Shown here: positions 18,887 to 28,394 of the stretch, piece after piece | How the letters are laid out: each line of letters opens with the position of its first letter | Position numbering within the stretch: the stretch's first letter is position 1 | Origin: a virus | Taxonomy: Duplodnaviria > Caudoviricetes | Reading direction: 5' to 3' (one strand) | IMG/VR virus record: IMGVR_UViG_3300043178_000107 | Span: 1-43,272 of that record | DNA length: 43,272 nucleotides | Translations under genes and position numbers: made by a program | The notes under the pieces: generated by a model | Seen by the model: only the letters and a program-made list of their open reading frames with translations | Told to the model about the DNA's origin: nothing | Database searches by the model: none

Positions 18887-19505
18887 TATCACTGAAAGAT
18901 TGCAGGTTATCAAGAATGGAATAAATAAGCTCAAAGCTTATCGGGAATTTTTGACTACCAGGGTGAAATCTGCTGAAAAATCTGTTGATGATTGTAAATA
19001 CAACGCTGATTTGCAGCAGAAATCTTCCGAAATTTTCAAGTCTTGGTTGGAAGATTCGATGAAGGAAAATATAGAATCAATTTCTGAATTGGCCACTACT
19101 GGTTTGCATCATATTATTTATGACCAATCCTTGAGTTTCAAAATTATCCAAGAAATGAAATATAACAGAGTATTTATACGATTTGCCATAAATCAAAATA
19201 ATATTGAAGGCGATCCATTATTATCATTTGGTGGTGGTCCAGCTGTCATAATTTCATTGATATTGAGACTTGCTGTCATGACAAGGATGAAAATGGGTAA
19301 TTTATTGTTGCTTGATGAATCAATGGTTGCGCTAGCCAACCATTATGTGCCACATGCCGCTATATTTATTAGAACATTGGCCGAACAAACTGGAATCAAT
19401 ATCTTGATGGTGACGCATAACAATCAGTTTTTGCAAGAAGCTCATGTTGCTTACGAAGGATATAACGATGGTAATATGAAATTAAAAAAAATCAAAAGTA
19501 TTTAA
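18879..19505 (+). CDS. SbcC/Rad50-like ABC ATPase, C-terminal half
   Basis: Short coiled coil, variant signature SFGGG, SLILRLA, Walker B LLLLDE, H-loop MVTH. Confidence 0.85.
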   Translation: MNNITERLQVIKNGINKLKAYREFLTTRVKSAEKSVDDCKYNADLQQKSSEIFKSWLEDSMKENIESISELATTGLHHIIYDQSLSFKIIQEMKYNRVFIRFAINQNNIEGDPLLSFGGGPAVIISLILRLAVMTRMKMGNLLLLDESMVALANHYVPHAAIFIRTLAEQTGINILMVTHNNQFLQEAHVAYEGYNDGNMKLKKIKSI

Positions 19506-19907
19506 ATGGCAAATCAACCTAAACTGAACAGGAAACTTCACCGGCAAGACGGCCCGGCAGTTGAACATCTAAACAGAGCCCGTGAGTGGCTTCACCGGCA
19601 AGACGGCCCGGCGGTTGAATTTCCGGACGGGACCCGTTACTGGTTTTTGAACGGGAAGCGTCACCGGCAGGATGGCCCGGCGATTGAATGGTCGGACGGG
19701 ACCCGTGAATGGTATCTGAACGGGAAACTTCACCGGCAGGATGGCCCGGCGGTTGAACTTTCGAACGGGGATCGCGAATGGTGGCTGAACGGGAGAAAAT
19801 TTCAAAATCAAAGAAACTTTTTGATTCAATTAAAGAAAACCGTTTCAAAGGAACGGTTTCAAGAAATCAAGAATTTGTTAGGAATTCGAGAAGTCATTGA
19901 ATCATGA
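19506..19907 (+). CDS. LHRxDGPA-repeat (MORN-variant-like) protein, GC-rich
   Basis: Four ~23-aa units LHRQDGPAVExxDGTREWxLNGK; 69-bp DNA period at about 19524-19796. Confidence 0.85.
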   Translation: MANQPKLNRKLHRQDGPAVEHLNRAREWLHRQDGPAVEFPDGTRYWFLNGKRHRQDGPAIEWSDGTREWYLNGKLHRQDGPAVELSNGDREWWLNGRKFQNQRNFLIQLKKTVSKERFQEIKNLLGIREVIES

Positions 19908-20506
19908 AATCGACAATGACGTTAAAAGACGTGAAAACTAAAGAACAAGTCTTGAACAGACTCAAGAAACTGCGAATTCGTTATGCTAGACAGTATATTT
20001 CGGAATCCCAGAAAAGAGTTCATGCTAACTGTACATATAATTTAGAAATTACTTCAACTAACCATAAAGATGAATCAAAGTTCGAGTATGACATCATGCC
20101 ACGAAAGGTTCATATTACGGTGTTGAATAATCCACCAACCCCAATCAGGTTATGTATGTACGGATCGGAGAAAATAGACGAATGGCCCGGATCGCTTTGT
20201 GATTCTGATTTGATTTCGGCAAAATGTCCGTATTTCAAACCGAAAATATCATTTAAAGAAGCTGAAAAATCGTATTTGGAATTGTTGAAGGATGACAAAT
20301 ATGTATTTGATCATTATAAGGATATGGCAACTTTGCAATGGGTTCTCAATTATAGAATTTACGAGAGTCATCTTTCAATATTTGATAAAATCAAAATCAA
20401 GTTTTTGTCTGTAATAATTTTTTTAAAATCATTAATGAAACCTCGACAGTCTAACCAATCTCTTCCAGAATTACCTGAAGGGCTGTGGGATGATGATTCT
20501 GCATGA
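19904..20506 (+). CDS. Hypothetical protein
   Basis: 200 aa, coupled by ATGA overlap; four spaced Cys. Confidence 0.75.
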   Translation: MKSTMTLKDVKTKEQVLNRLKKLRIRYARQYISESQKRVHANCTYNLEITSTNHKDESKFEYDIMPRKVHITVLNNPPTPIRLCMYGSEKIDEWPGSLCDSDLISAKCPYFKPKISFKEAEKSYLELLKDDKYVFDHYKDMATLQWVLNYRIYESHLSIFDKIKIKFLSVIIFLKSLMKPRQSNQSLPELPEGLWDDDSA

Positions 20507-21104
20507 AATTTTAGATCAAGATTTGCACAGACAAAAAAGTGGTATCGGGGTTCAAGCTTTTCCATTAATGATAGAAATTCCAGCAACTAAAGAATTTGTT
20601 CCGTGTGTTATAAGCACAACTCGTGGTAAATTTATTCATTCGTCAAAGTTGACTTCGGATCAAAAAATAAGAGTTGGATTATTTAATTTTGATGAAAATA
20701 ACGAAGAAGATTTGATCAATGATATGTTTGTCTCCGCATATTCGTTATCTAAATCTAATGAATGGGAAAATATATTTTATAATTCTACAGCCTTAAAGCT
20801 TGGATTTGATTATATCAGACATAACAGTGGATTGCGTGATCAACCTCATGTTTGTCTTATTCCAAAAGATTGGTCTAACGCGGATTTATTAAATCGATTC
20901 AAATCTCAATTGATTGAGAAAGAAATACGTGGTGAACAAGTTCATATTTACAGAAAGATTTGTAAATTGATTCGATGTAAAATTCCATTTCCTGTTTATT
21001 TATCGAAGCCTGATTATGTTGGAATTTATACTCGATTCCTGGGAATCAATTCAGGAATACTTCTCCATAACATTAGAAGAGGTATAGCATTTTGTCCACA
21101 ATAG
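20490..21104 (+). CDS. Hypothetical protein
   Basis: 204 aa, overlaps neighbours in the operon. Confidence 0.75.
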   Translation: MMILHEILDQDLHRQKSGIGVQAFPLMIEIPATKEFVPCVISTTRGKFIHSSKLTSDQKIRVGLFNFDENNEEDLINDMFVSAYSLSKSNEWENIFYNSTALKLGFDYIRHNSGLRDQPHVCLIPKDWSNADLLNRFKSQLIEKEIRGEQVHIYRKICKLIRCKIPFPVYLSKPDYVGIYTRFLGINSGILLHNIRRGIAFCPQ

Positions 21105-21862
21105 TCGATAAATTCACAGATTGGGCAGCCGGGAATCTTGTTCATTCTGATGTTGCTACCAAATATATGGTTGATAGGGGGGTGTCTGAATCGCAATTTG
21201 GTAAATTCAAACTTGGTTTTGTGAATGAAGCGTTTGTACCTGATCCCGTTTATGATCAGGGGCATAATAAATTCTGTCTTCAAAAATCATCTGTTGGATT
21301 ATGGTGTGATACTTGCAGATTTATAAAATGGAGTTCTACATGGGAGAATGGCACCCAATTTGTTGGTAAAAGACTTGTAGATTCGATTGTGTTGCCTCTA
21401 ATCAGTTATTCCGGTGTTTATGTTGGATTTCAAATTAGATCTTTGCAAGAAAAATTATACGATACTTTTGCCCTCGTGCGGAGGCCCGAGGCTTATTTTT
21501 TTGGATCTACAGCTGCATTTGAATCTATATGGGCACAAAAAGTAGTATCATTGGTCGAAGGTCCGTTTGATGCGTTAATTATCGATCGGCTTGTTACTAA
21601 AAACGTATTGGGTTTGACTACAAGTTCGATTAACCAACTTCAATTAAAATTCTTGGAAAGATTTGTTAATCAGGTAAATTTGATATTAGATGGTGATCTT
21701 GCAGGACATAGTGGATCTAAGAAATTTATTGATCTTAATTCTGGAAAATTTGTAATCAAATTAGTTAAAATAAAACCGAGTGACAAAGATCCGAATCAGC
21801 TATGGAGAACTATTGGCGACGATAAATTCATCAAGTATTTTTCTGAACAACTTTCCATGTAA
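21092..21862 (+). CDS. DnaG-type primase catalytic (Toprim) domain without N-terminal CHC2 Zn finger
   Basis: YMVDRGV...FKLGF, IVLPL...GFQIR, LVEGPFDAL, LDGDLAG, KDPN. Confidence 0.88.
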   Translation: MSTIVDKFTDWAAGNLVHSDVATKYMVDRGVSESQFGKFKLGFVNEAFVPDPVYDQGHNKFCLQKSSVGLWCDTCRFIKWSSTWENGTQFVGKRLVDSIVLPLISYSGVYVGFQIRSLQEKLYDTFALVRRPEAYFFGSTAAFESIWAQKVVSLVEGPFDALIIDRLVTKNVLGLTTSSINQLQLKFLERFVNQVNLILDGDLAGHSGSKKFIDLNSGKFVIKLVKIKPSDKDPNQLWRTIGDDKFIKYFSEQLSM

Positions 21863-21870
21863 TTTTTGGC

Positions 21871-23190
21871 ATGCTCGATTTAAAATATCGTCCGAGAAGA
21901 TTTTGTGAAGTCTTAGGTAATAAAAATGTTACGAAATTGTTGTTAACCAGAAGTAGAAATAATTCGTTAAGGATAAAATCATATATGTTTGGCGGTATGA
22001 GGGGGTGTGGGAAAACATCATACGCAAGGATTATTGCAAAATCTATTTTATGTTCATCTCTTGCAGATGGGGAACCGTGCAATGAGTGTTCTTATTGCAA
22101 TTCAGTCGAGTTGGATAACTCAATGATTTTTGATGAATTCGATTCTGCGTCAAATGGCACTGTTGATAAGATACGGTCTATAGTCAAATCTCTTGATTAC
22201 AAGATCAGTGATAATAAGCCCCGTATTCTCATTTTTGACGAAGCTCAAAGGTTGTCAGCATCAGCTCAGGATGCTCTTTTGAAACCCGTTGAAGAGAGAA
22301 GATTCGTTTGTATATTTTGTACGACGGAACCAAACAAAATCCGGGGTCCAATCAGATCTAGACTCGAGGAATATCAAATTACTCCGCCATCTTCATTAGA
22401 ATTAGCCGATAAGTTATTTGAAATTTGTCGATTGGAATCGATAGAAATTGATACCGAAGCGCTAGATATGATCATATCATATTTTCAAAATATACCGAGA
22501 TCTTGTTTAAATGCTATCGAATCGTTATCTACTCTCGGGAAGATCACTAAATCTGTAGTTGATTCTTATTTTAAAATTGATAAATTTAATGCCATAGTCA
22601 ATTCATTGACTGATATTGATAAAAATCCTGCTGCAACTATGAATATAATTGATGATTTGTCTTCATCTGAGGGTCCTGTTTGGGTTCGCGATACCATGGT
22701 TGATGCCATTGTGGCTGCTTATCGGAAACATTTGAACATAAAATCTGGTTTTATAGTTTCAGCTAATTTTTTTCATATTAGAGGGATGGCGTGGTTAGAC
22801 ACCGCTAGACGGTTGGCGATGCTTGATAAACCGACTTCATCATCAATTATATCTGTGATATTTTCTAATTATAAAATGGATATTCAAAAACCGTCCATAG
22901 AAAGTAAAAATTTGCAAAATAAAGTTATTGACGAAAAACATAATCCAGAAATCGTAGCTGATTGTTCGGCAAACCAGCCGGTAAAGGATTTTATTGATGT
23001 CGGTGGAATCAGATTTCATAAAAATGGTGAAAAATTGACGTCTCTTGATGATAAAATTACTAACATTGATAAACCATCTATTGATAATTCGATCGTATTT
23101 GAATTTGATCCTGATTCTAAGAATTTGCCGTTATCTGAAAAGGAGTTTGCCTCAATATTATTATCAAGATTGAAATCGCGAGTGTTTTAA
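21871..23190 (+). CDS. dnaX: DNA polymerase III gamma/tau-like clamp loader
   Basis: KYRP..F.EVLG, G.RGCGKTSYARI, EPCNECSYC, IFDEAQRLS..AQDALLK, TTEP.KI...IRSR. Confidence 0.93.
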   Translation: MLDLKYRPRRFCEVLGNKNVTKLLLTRSRNNSLRIKSYMFGGMRGCGKTSYARIIAKSILCSSLADGEPCNECSYCNSVELDNSMIFDEFDSASNGTVDKIRSIVKSLDYKISDNKPRILIFDEAQRLSASAQDALLKPVEERRFVCIFCTTEPNKIRGPIRSRLEEYQITPPSSLELADKLFEICRLESIEIDTEALDMIISYFQNIPRSCLNAIESLSTLGKITKSVVDSYFKIDKFNAIVNSLTDIDKNPAATMNIIDDLSSSEGPVWVRDTMVDAIVAAYRKHLNIKSGFIVSANFFHIRGMAWLDTARRLAMLDKPTSSSIISVIFSNYKMDIQKPSIESKNLQNKVIDEKHNPEIVADCSANQPVKDFIDVGGIRFHKNGEKLTSLDDKITNIDKPSIDNSIVFEFDPDSKNLPLSEKEFASILLSRLKSRVF

Positions 23191-23224
23191 TAAAATCGCG
23201 AGAAAGTTATTAGTAATGTGAAAT

Positions 23225-23974
23225 ATGCCGGTTGTGTCCAAGCATAAGCAAAAGAAATCAGATAAAATCAAACTTGATTTGAAACAAAAGTTAAACCAAG
23301 TCAAACCTGATAGCAATCTAAAATCTGGTACTAAAAATAAACCATCGGTATCAAAACTCAATGGAAAAGCTCCGAGCAAATTCGGATTTCTTCTTAGTTT
23401 AAATGGGAAAAAGATTGATAAAATCGATTTATCTATTCCGAAGTGGGTAGTAATCGAATTGACATTTGCTGGAGAACGCGAAAAAGATTTGAATGCACTC
23501 AAAGCTTCGGCGCAAAAGTTGTTGAATTGTAAATCAGAAGTGTTTATCCCAGCAATATTTCAAAAAGTGAGAAACGAATCCCATACTATATTTTATTTGG
23601 ATGGGTATATGTTTATCAAATATGAAGAAGGTGTTAATTATTTGAAATTGCAAGAAACGACATATTTCAAATCAATTTTGCATAAAGTAGTGAGGGATGA
23701 GTACGATAAATCAAAGAAAAGAATCATGCTGACTTTATTGGACGATTCTGACTTGAATTCGATGCGATCTGGCATGAAGAAGTTACAGATTGCCAGCTTT
23801 CAAGAGAATGATGACGTGAAAATTATTCAGGGTGAATATAAAGGACTTCAAGCCAAGGTTATTTATCTCCATGAAAATGGAGAAACTGTTCAAGTCAAGG
23901 TTGATTTGCGATCAAAAAAAATATTATTTGATTTTCCATCTTCATATTTAATGAAGATGGAAAATCAAATGTAA
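23225..23974 (+). CDS. NusG-family transcription factor (NGN + KOW) with Lys-rich N-terminal extension
   Basis: WVVIE, EVFIP, DGYMFI, KOW VKIIQGEYKGLQAKV. Confidence 0.82.
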   Translation: MPVVSKHKQKKSDKIKLDLKQKLNQVKPDSNLKSGTKNKPSVSKLNGKAPSKFGFLLSLNGKKIDKIDLSIPKWVVIELTFAGEREKDLNALKASAQKLLNCKSEVFIPAIFQKVRNESHTIFYLDGYMFIKYEEGVNYLKLQETTYFKSILHKVVRDEYDKSKKRIMLTLLDDSDLNSMRSGMKKLQIASFQENDDVKIIQGEYKGLQAKVIYLHENGETVQVKVDLRSKKILFDFPSSYLMKMENQM

Positions 23975-23982
23975 ATTAACTG

Positions 23983-24990
23983 ATGGAAAAAACAATATTG
24001 ATTGATGGTAATAATTTATTGCACAGAGCATATTTTGTATTCGTGAAATCATTTCATGGTTCGGCATTAGTCAATAAATCCGGGTATCCGACAGGTCTCA
24101 TTTATGGTTCGTTATCCATGCTTTTTTCGTGGATTCAAGAGATACAAAATCCGACTGGTTGTGCTTTTTTCTTGGATGGGATGCCGAAGAGACGGAGATT
24201 GATTGATCCGAATTATAAGTTAAAACTCGGATCGGAATTATTATCGAATTGTTCGAAAATCAAACTTTCTGATGGATTTGAAGCTACAAATGAAATTGAT
24301 GTGGTTATTCATATTTTACAATTATTAGGAATTCCATGTTATTACAGCGCTGAAGAAGAGGCCGATGATTTGATTGCTAGTTATTGTCACCAGAATTCTG
24401 AAAATATTCACATCATTATTTCATCGGATAAAGATTTTTACCAGTTAGTTTCTGATCATGTTATTTTGTATAGACCGGGATTGAAAGGTAATAGATTTTA
24501 TGATATCGAGCGCGTGATCAATGATGAAAAGTATGGGATTCATCCAAATCAAATTCGAATGTTCAAAACTCTGGTCGGGGATCCGTCCGACAATATAGTC
24601 GGTGTTCCAAGATTGAGACGCGCAGTGGCTAGAAAATTGTCGTCCGCCATGTCTATTGATGATTTATGTGCCAATCTTTCTATTTGTTCCGTCAAAGAGA
24701 AAGAAAATATATTATCTAATGCCGATAAATTGAGGGTCAATTATGAGTTAGTCAGATTGATTGATGATTTACCTATTACATCATATGTTCACCGAGTTAG
24801 TTCAAATGTTGATATGGTAATCAAGATAATGAAAGATGACTTGGATATTTCAGATATTTCAGATATCCAGATCAATAATGTTTTCAAGCATATAAACACT
24901 TGTGGATTTATAAAAACTGGTATTGTTCAGAAATCGCTCCCAAACATAGATATAGATACAGATGATTTACTAATAAATATTCAAATCTAG
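23983..24990 (+). CDS. 5'-3' exonuclease / flap endonuclease (stand-alone PolA N-terminal domain)
   Basis: LIDGNNLLHRAY, EADDLIA, SSDKDFYQL, LVGDPSDNIVGVP. Confidence 0.93.
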   Translation: MEKTILIDGNNLLHRAYFVFVKSFHGSALVNKSGYPTGLIYGSLSMLFSWIQEIQNPTGCAFFLDGMPKRRRLIDPNYKLKLGSELLSNCSKIKLSDGFEATNEIDVVIHILQLLGIPCYYSAEEEADDLIASYCHQNSENIHIIISSDKDFYQLVSDHVILYRPGLKGNRFYDIERVINDEKYGIHPNQIRMFKTLVGDPSDNIVGVPRLRRAVARKLSSAMSIDDLCANLSICSVKEKENILSNADKLRVNYELVRLIDDLPITSYVHRVSSNVDMVIKIMKDDLDISDISDIQINNVFKHINTCGFIKTGIVQKSLPNIDIDTDDLLINIQI

Positions 24991-25003
24991 ATTAAAATCA
25001 TCG

Positions 25004-25780
25004 ATGGAGCGTGTAGTGATGCCCTCTCATATTCTTGTATCAAATCCGGCAGAACTGGCAAACAAATATAGTAATGAAAATAGTTTAGGATATGAATTAG
25101 ATTATAATCAAGGACTTTCTGATGAATTAAGTGATTTGATTGATGAAAAACTTGCTGCCCAAGAAGTTACCGAACAACTTGATTTTACCGCTTTAGAGAA
25201 ATATTTATCTAGAATTCCTGATCGTGAAGCTGATTTGATTAGATTATATCATAAAGATAAGATGAAACAAGAACAAATAGCTAAATTGTTTGGCATAACT
25301 CAAGCGGCAGTTTCTTATAGGCTGCATCGTGGTATTAAAAGAATCCAATTTTTACGCACTATTCCTGAATTATGTCGTGAAGTATTTGAGATGGATTTGA
25401 AAGAAAAATTCAATGATCAAGATAGAGAAATATTATGGCGTATGTATGAAACTACGTGTCAAAGTGAAATTGCAAAACAAATGAATCTGACACAAGGCAG
25501 GGTTCGTCACAGGTTTTTTAGAGCTCTCAACAGAATAAAAGAATTGATAATTGAAGAAGTTAAAGATAAGCAAGAAGAATTGAAACAAGCCAAAGTAAAT
25601 AATGAGAATACCACAAAACTTGAAAATGAACTCGATGTCGCCGTGAAGGATTCAAAGTATTCGAAATACTGGAAAGTATACCACTCTATTGCAGATAAAA
25701 AATTCAACATCCTACACGAAGTCAAATTGCCTCAATTTGTTGATAGAGGCGACGCTCAAATTATTACAATGACCGGATAA
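25004..25780 (+). CDS. Sigma-factor-like protein with two region-4-type HTH domains
   Basis: IPDREADLIRL...KQEQIAKLFGITQAAVSYRLHRG and DQDREIL...QSEIAKQMNLTQGRVRHRFFRAL; no recognisable region 2. Confidence 0.75.
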   Translation: MERVVMPSHILVSNPAELANKYSNENSLGYELDYNQGLSDELSDLIDEKLAAQEVTEQLDFTALEKYLSRIPDREADLIRLYHKDKMKQEQIAKLFGITQAAVSYRLHRGIKRIQFLRTIPELCREVFEMDLKEKFNDQDREILWRMYETTCQSEIAKQMNLTQGRVRHRFFRALNRIKELIIEEVKDKQEELKQAKVNNENTTKLENELDVAVKDSKYSKYWKVYHSIADKKFNILHEVKLPQFVDRGDAQIITMTG

Positions 25781-25805
25781 TATAATGAACTAACAATTTA
25801 ATATA

Positions 25806-25834
25806 TTGACAAGTATAATTTGATTATGTAAGAT
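25806..25834 (+). promoter_or_regulatory. Sigma70-type promoter, leaderless transcript
   Basis: TTGACA (25806-25811), 17 nt, TAAGAT (25829-25834), 5 nt, ATG (25840). Confidence 0.8.
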
Positions 25835-25839
25835 GTTGT

Positions 25840-27306
25840 ATGAATTTCTGTAAAAATTGCGGAGATCCAGTTAATGGCACCAGAACATTTTGTTCCTTCA
25901 AATGTTTTATGGTTTCAAAACAAAAACCAGATCAACCTTGCGCACGTCCTGGATGTCAAAATATCGCGGCCAAAACTAAAAAGAAAACTATTTATTGCAG
26001 TTTAAACTGTTTCAATAAACATAAAATTCAAAAGAAAAATAATTTGATTACGCCAAATGTTACTCCTGGAATCAAATATATTCCTTTGACCCAAGGAAAA
26101 TGGGCGTTGGTTGATGAAAATGATTTTGAGGAAGTTAGCAAACATAATTGGTGTGCTATTAAAATTAAGACCAAGAAAGGTCCGATTTACTATGCTAAAA
26201 GGCCCGATAATGGACAATATATGCATTCTTTCATTCTTGGAATGAATTCTGGTTCCAAACTTGAGTGTATACACGGGCCGGGCGGAACTTTGGATAATAC
26301 TCGTAACAATCTTAGAATCGGATCTAGAAGAGAAAATCAACGTGATAGAAATTCGTCAGGTTCTACATCTAAATATAAAGGCGTTTCCTGGAATTCGAGA
26401 GCCAATAAGTGGGCTGTAAATATAATGGCTGGTAATGAATATTATTTTCTTGGTTATTTTCGAGATGAAAGAGAGGCGGCCTTGGCTTATGATATGCGAG
26501 CTCGAGAATTACATGGTGAATTTGCTCGTTTCAATTTTCCCGGGCCAGGGGAAATTTCATGTATCGAGTCTTTTGTGATTAAAGTTTGTTCTCATTGTGG
26601 TAAAAATTTTGAAGGTCCCAAAAATCTTCAATATTGTAGTTTATCTTGTGTGTATAGAGCTAATATTATTAAACGTCCATGTCTCGAATGCGGCATTAAA
26701 ATACAAGGTCATAGGAAATTTTGCAGCCATGATTGTAGAAAAATTTATTCTGACAAATGTGATTTGATTCCGCCGCCACCTGCAATTGAAGGAGCTTCAT
26801 GGATCAAATTGACGTTAGGGAAATATTGTTTAGTAGATAATGAAGATCTTGCGTTGATCACACATGGTGGTCATAAATGGTTTGCTAAAGAAGGGAACGG
26901 CAATTGGTATGCCTGTAGAGGGTCAACTAAAGATGAAGTAAATCTTTACGGCACTTGCATTAGAATGCACAGATTCTTAGAACATCTTACTAAGGGTGAT
27001 AATCGTGATGTAGGTCATTTGGATGGAAATAGTTTGAATAATCGCAGATCGAATTTGTATTTGACAAATAATTCAAATAGTCATAAAAATGCGGCAGTTC
27101 GTGGGTTATCTGGATATAAAGGCGTTATTCAATTGCCGAATGAAACTTTTCGCGCTCACGTGTTTGCTAATGGACAATATAAATATTTAGGTGTATTTCA
27201 GACTGCAGAAGAAGCTGCCAGAGCCTATGATGAACAAGCTCGCAAATTGCACGGGTTTAATGGTCGTTACAATTTTCCATTAGCTGGTGAACGTTCGGCA
27301 ATATGA
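25840..27306 (+). CDS. Tandem HNH-AP2 homing-endonuclease-like protein with Zn fingers
   Basis: Two modules of CxxC..FCS..C fingers, LTxGK.ALVD, MH.F, H...LDN.R.NL, SKYKGV...YLG.F....AA.AYD..AR.LHG...NFP. Confidence 0.88.
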   Translation: MNFCKNCGDPVNGTRTFCSFKCFMVSKQKPDQPCARPGCQNIAAKTKKKTIYCSLNCFNKHKIQKKNNLITPNVTPGIKYIPLTQGKWALVDENDFEEVSKHNWCAIKIKTKKGPIYYAKRPDNGQYMHSFILGMNSGSKLECIHGPGGTLDNTRNNLRIGSRRENQRDRNSSGSTSKYKGVSWNSRANKWAVNIMAGNEYYFLGYFRDEREAALAYDMRARELHGEFARFNFPGPGEISCIESFVIKVCSHCGKNFEGPKNLQYCSLSCVYRANIIKRPCLECGIKIQGHRKFCSHDCRKIYSDKCDLIPPPPAIEGASWIKLTLGKYCLVDNEDLALITHGGHKWFAKEGNGNWYACRGSTKDEVNLYGTCIRMHRFLEHLTKGDNRDVGHLDGNSLNNRRSNLYLTNNSNSHKNAAVRGLSGYKGVIQLPNETFRAHVFANGQYKYLGVFQTAEEAARAYDEQARKLHGFNGRYNFPLAGERSAI

Positions 27307-28184
27307 TCAACATGACAATACAAACACTGGAGATGATAAGAAGATCCGGATATATGTCTGATTATGAAGATCCGCGGGATATTTATCGTAAATTGTCTAA
27401 ATCAGAAATTTTTGACAATCATATTCCACAATCTCCGATCGGACTTAATTATTTGGATAATGTCTTTCCACATAGATATTTGGCCAAATGCGAGAATTTT
27501 CCGTCTTTGCATGACGCATTTTATAATGATGACCTGATGAAAAGAACCATTAATTATGTGATTGAAACGGGACGGCATCCGACTAAAGATCTTATTTTGA
27601 GGAATTTGAAATTCAACATCAAAATGCCGTCACATTTTTTCCCAGAATCGGCAGCGGCTTTGTGTAAGCATTTTGCACCAAGAGGAATTGTATATGATGT
27701 ATTTACGGGCTGGGGTGGGCGAGCGCTTGGAGCCATTTGTGCTGGTAGTTCATATCTTGTGAGTACAGATATTCAGGTTGAATCGATTTATTCCGGATGC
27801 GCAATGTCGAGAGATTTTAGAGAATTATCGACAACTCGATGTGAATTTATTCATACAAATTTTGTTAATTATATGAATTCGACTGGCAGAAAATTTGATG
27901 CAATAATCGCCAGTCCTCCATTTTTAGATACAGAAGATTATGGAGAACATAAGCAGAGAAATATCAGACAATGGGTTTCTGACTTTATGATTCCGATGGT
28001 CACAGAATCAACTCGAATTCTTACTAAGCATGGCCATGTGATTATTCATGGTCAAGATAGGCCGAAAGTGCCAATTTTGAGTTTGATTTATACGGCATTT
28101 AGCTGTGGTGGCTATAAATTGAGAAGTGATTTGAGATATGGCAGAAAACCGGGCCAATCCATATTGATTTGGAGTAAATCATAA
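27303..28184 (+). CDS. DNA amino-methyltransferase (N4-C/N6-A type)
   Basis: SAM motif YDVFTGWGGR and catalytic-type IASPPF..EDY. Confidence 0.75.
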   Translation: MINMTIQTLEMIRRSGYMSDYEDPRDIYRKLSKSEIFDNHIPQSPIGLNYLDNVFPHRYLAKCENFPSLHDAFYNDDLMKRTINYVIETGRHPTKDLILRNLKFNIKMPSHFFPESAAALCKHFAPRGIVYDVFTGWGGRALGAICAGSSYLVSTDIQVESIYSGCAMSRDFRELSTTRCEFIHTNFVNYMNSTGRKFDAIIASPPFLDTEDYGEHKQRNIRQWVSDFMIPMVTESTRILTKHGHVIIHGQDRPKVPILSLIYTAFSCGGYKLRSDLRYGRKPGQSILIWSKS

Positions 28185-28197
28185 TTCAAGAAATCTT

Positions 28198-28342
28198 GCT
28201 GCCGGTGAAGTTTCCCGTTCAACCACCATTCACGGGTCCCGTCCGGATTCAACCGCCGGACCGTCATTGTTGATGACGTTCCCCGTTCAGATGCCACTCA
28301 CGGGTCCCATCCTCTTTTTCAATCGCCGGGCCATCATCCTCC
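28198..28342 (-). pseudogene. Frameshifted copy of the LHRxDGPA repeat gene
   Basis: Minus strand reads DGPAIEKEDGTREWHLNGERHQQ / DGPAVE / PDGTREWWLNGKLHRQ with two frameshifts; 44 of 48 nt identical to part of the 19.5-kb gene. Confidence 0.85.
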
Positions 28343-28394
28343 AGATATAATCAGACTCACATTACACTGAATCTATTATATTTCATTTTGTTAA

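Noticed and set aside
19506-28342. Diversity-generating retroelement (VR/TR pair) formed by the two LHRxDGPA loci
   Set aside because: Differences include C/T changes and indels rather than adenine-specific substitutions, and there is no reverse transcriptase in the window; only a whole-genome search could revive it.
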